From: Candidatus Brocadiaceae bacterium
GTDB lineage: Bacteria > Planctomycetota > Brocadiia > SM23-32
Reading direction: 5' to 3'
Length of the DNA: 64,000 nucleotides
Assembly: GCA_003551305.1 (NCBI GenBank)
Contig: PUMJ01000156.1
Coordinates: 27,325 to 91,324 of the forward strand
Shown: positions 63,492 through 64,000 of the stretch, in pieces
Layout of the letters: each line of letters begins with the position of its first letter
Numbering within the stretch: position 1 is the stretch's first letter
Position numbers and translations under genes: made by a program
Notes under the pieces: generated by a model
What the model was told of the DNA's origin: nothing
Database searches by the model: none
What the model saw: the letters and a program-made list of their open reading frames with translations, nothing else

Positions 63492-64000
63492 ATGCGTGTT
63501 CCGATAGACCGTGACCCGTTTGCCGACCGCGCGGACACCGCCCGTCCCCTGTGGAGGGATGTCTTCGTGTGGCCGGCCCGCTGGATACACCCCCCCGAGC
63601 CGCCGGCCCCGCCCCTGGTGGTCGCCTATCGCTGCCGGGTTGAGCTGCCGAGCGCCCGCACCGTGCGGCTCCACGTGAGCGCCGACGAACGCTACGAGCT
63701 GTTCCTGGACGGCGCGCGCGTCGGCCGCGGCCCCGAACGCGGAGACGCCGCCAACTGGTTCTTCGAGACCTACGACCTGGACCTCTCCGGTGGCGAGCAT
63801 ATGCTGGTGGCGCGCGTCTGGAGCCTGGGGCCTGACCTGGCGCCGGCCGCGCAGGTGAGCGTCGAGCACGGGCTGCTGGTCTGCCCGCAGGAGGAAGAGC
63901 TCCTCGAAAGCCTGGCGACCGGGACGGCCCCCTGGGAGTGCCGGGTGCTGGAGGGCTACTCCTTCAGCGTGCCCTCGCGGGCGGGCCTGAGCGGCGCCCG
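63492..64000 (+). CDS. glycoside hydrolase, alpha-L-rhamnosidase (GH78)-like N-terminal region, 3'-truncated by window edge
   Basis: AAGGAGG RBS; MRVPIDRDPFADRADTARPLWRDVFVWPARWIHPPEPPAPPLVVAYRCRVELPSARTVRLHVSADERYELFLDGARVGRGPERGD resembles the bacterial rhamnosidase N-terminal domain. The reading frame is open to the window end. Family call is tentative. Confidence 0.4.
   Translation, partial: MRVPIDRDPFADRADTARPLWRDVFVWPARWIHPPEPPAPPLVVAYRCRVELPSARTVRLHVSADERYELFLDGARVGRGPERGDAANWFFETYDLDLSGGEHMLVARVWSLGPDLAPAAQVSVEHGLLVCPQEEELLESLATGTAPWECRVLEGYSFSVPSRAGLSGA

Noticed and set aside
1-64000. CRISPR arrays, IS elements, integrases and rRNA
   Set aside because: No short regularly spaced direct repeats, no transposase- or integrase-like ORFs and no rRNA-like sequence were seen anywhere in the window.

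Overview
This is a 64-kb, roughly 68% GC, densely coding bacterial window. Its gene content points to a Planctomycetota or other PVC-superphylum genome: four Cys-type sulfatases plus an anaerobic sulfatase-maturating enzyme, DUF1559 (H-X9-DG) paralogs, a PmoA-family protein, DUF4038, DUF3604 and BNR/sialidase-like beta-propellers. This assignment is an inference from the proteins, not a database hit. The window runs 5'->3' as follows. (i) A minus-strand nqrB-C-D-E-F operon (NqrF truncated by the window edge) with no nqrA upstream. (ii) A minus-strand sulfatase, GH38 alpha-mannosidase, FKBP and sulfatase operon. (iii) Membrane proteins, a vWA protein, and a tRNA-Gln/tRNA-Glu pair with a terminator. 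(iv) DUF3604, then a divergent class II aldolase and PfkB kinase pair. (v) A six-gene minus-strand operon: tpx, an AmmeMemoRadiSam-type radical SAM enzyme, a PRTase, yyaL, DUF2156 and nrnA. (vi) A long plus-strand glycan-catabolism block of BNR proteins, DUF4038, two FAD oxidoreductases, sulfatases, a PHP hydrolase, an alpha/beta hydrolase, a secreted GH-A hydrolase and a beta-propeller GH; it contains short decayed remnants of sulfatase genes at three junctions and two copies of a ~200-bp intergenic repeat. (vii) Housekeeping aroB, mutL and argG. (viii) An anSME fused to a SEC-C motif, then STAS, sugar-phosphate isomerase, PmoA, PMI and trpC. (ix) A tandem array of three degenerate DUF1559-like paralogs, each behind a duplicated promoter-leader cassette; the first is interrupted by an in-frame TAG. 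(x) The start of an alpha-L-rhamnosidase-like gene. No rRNA, CRISPR, transposase or integrase was seen. The most unusual items are the sulfatase-gene remnants and the flanking 11-bp repeat, the two intergenic repeat families, the duplicated promoter-leader DUF1559-like array, and the nqrA-less nqr cluster.
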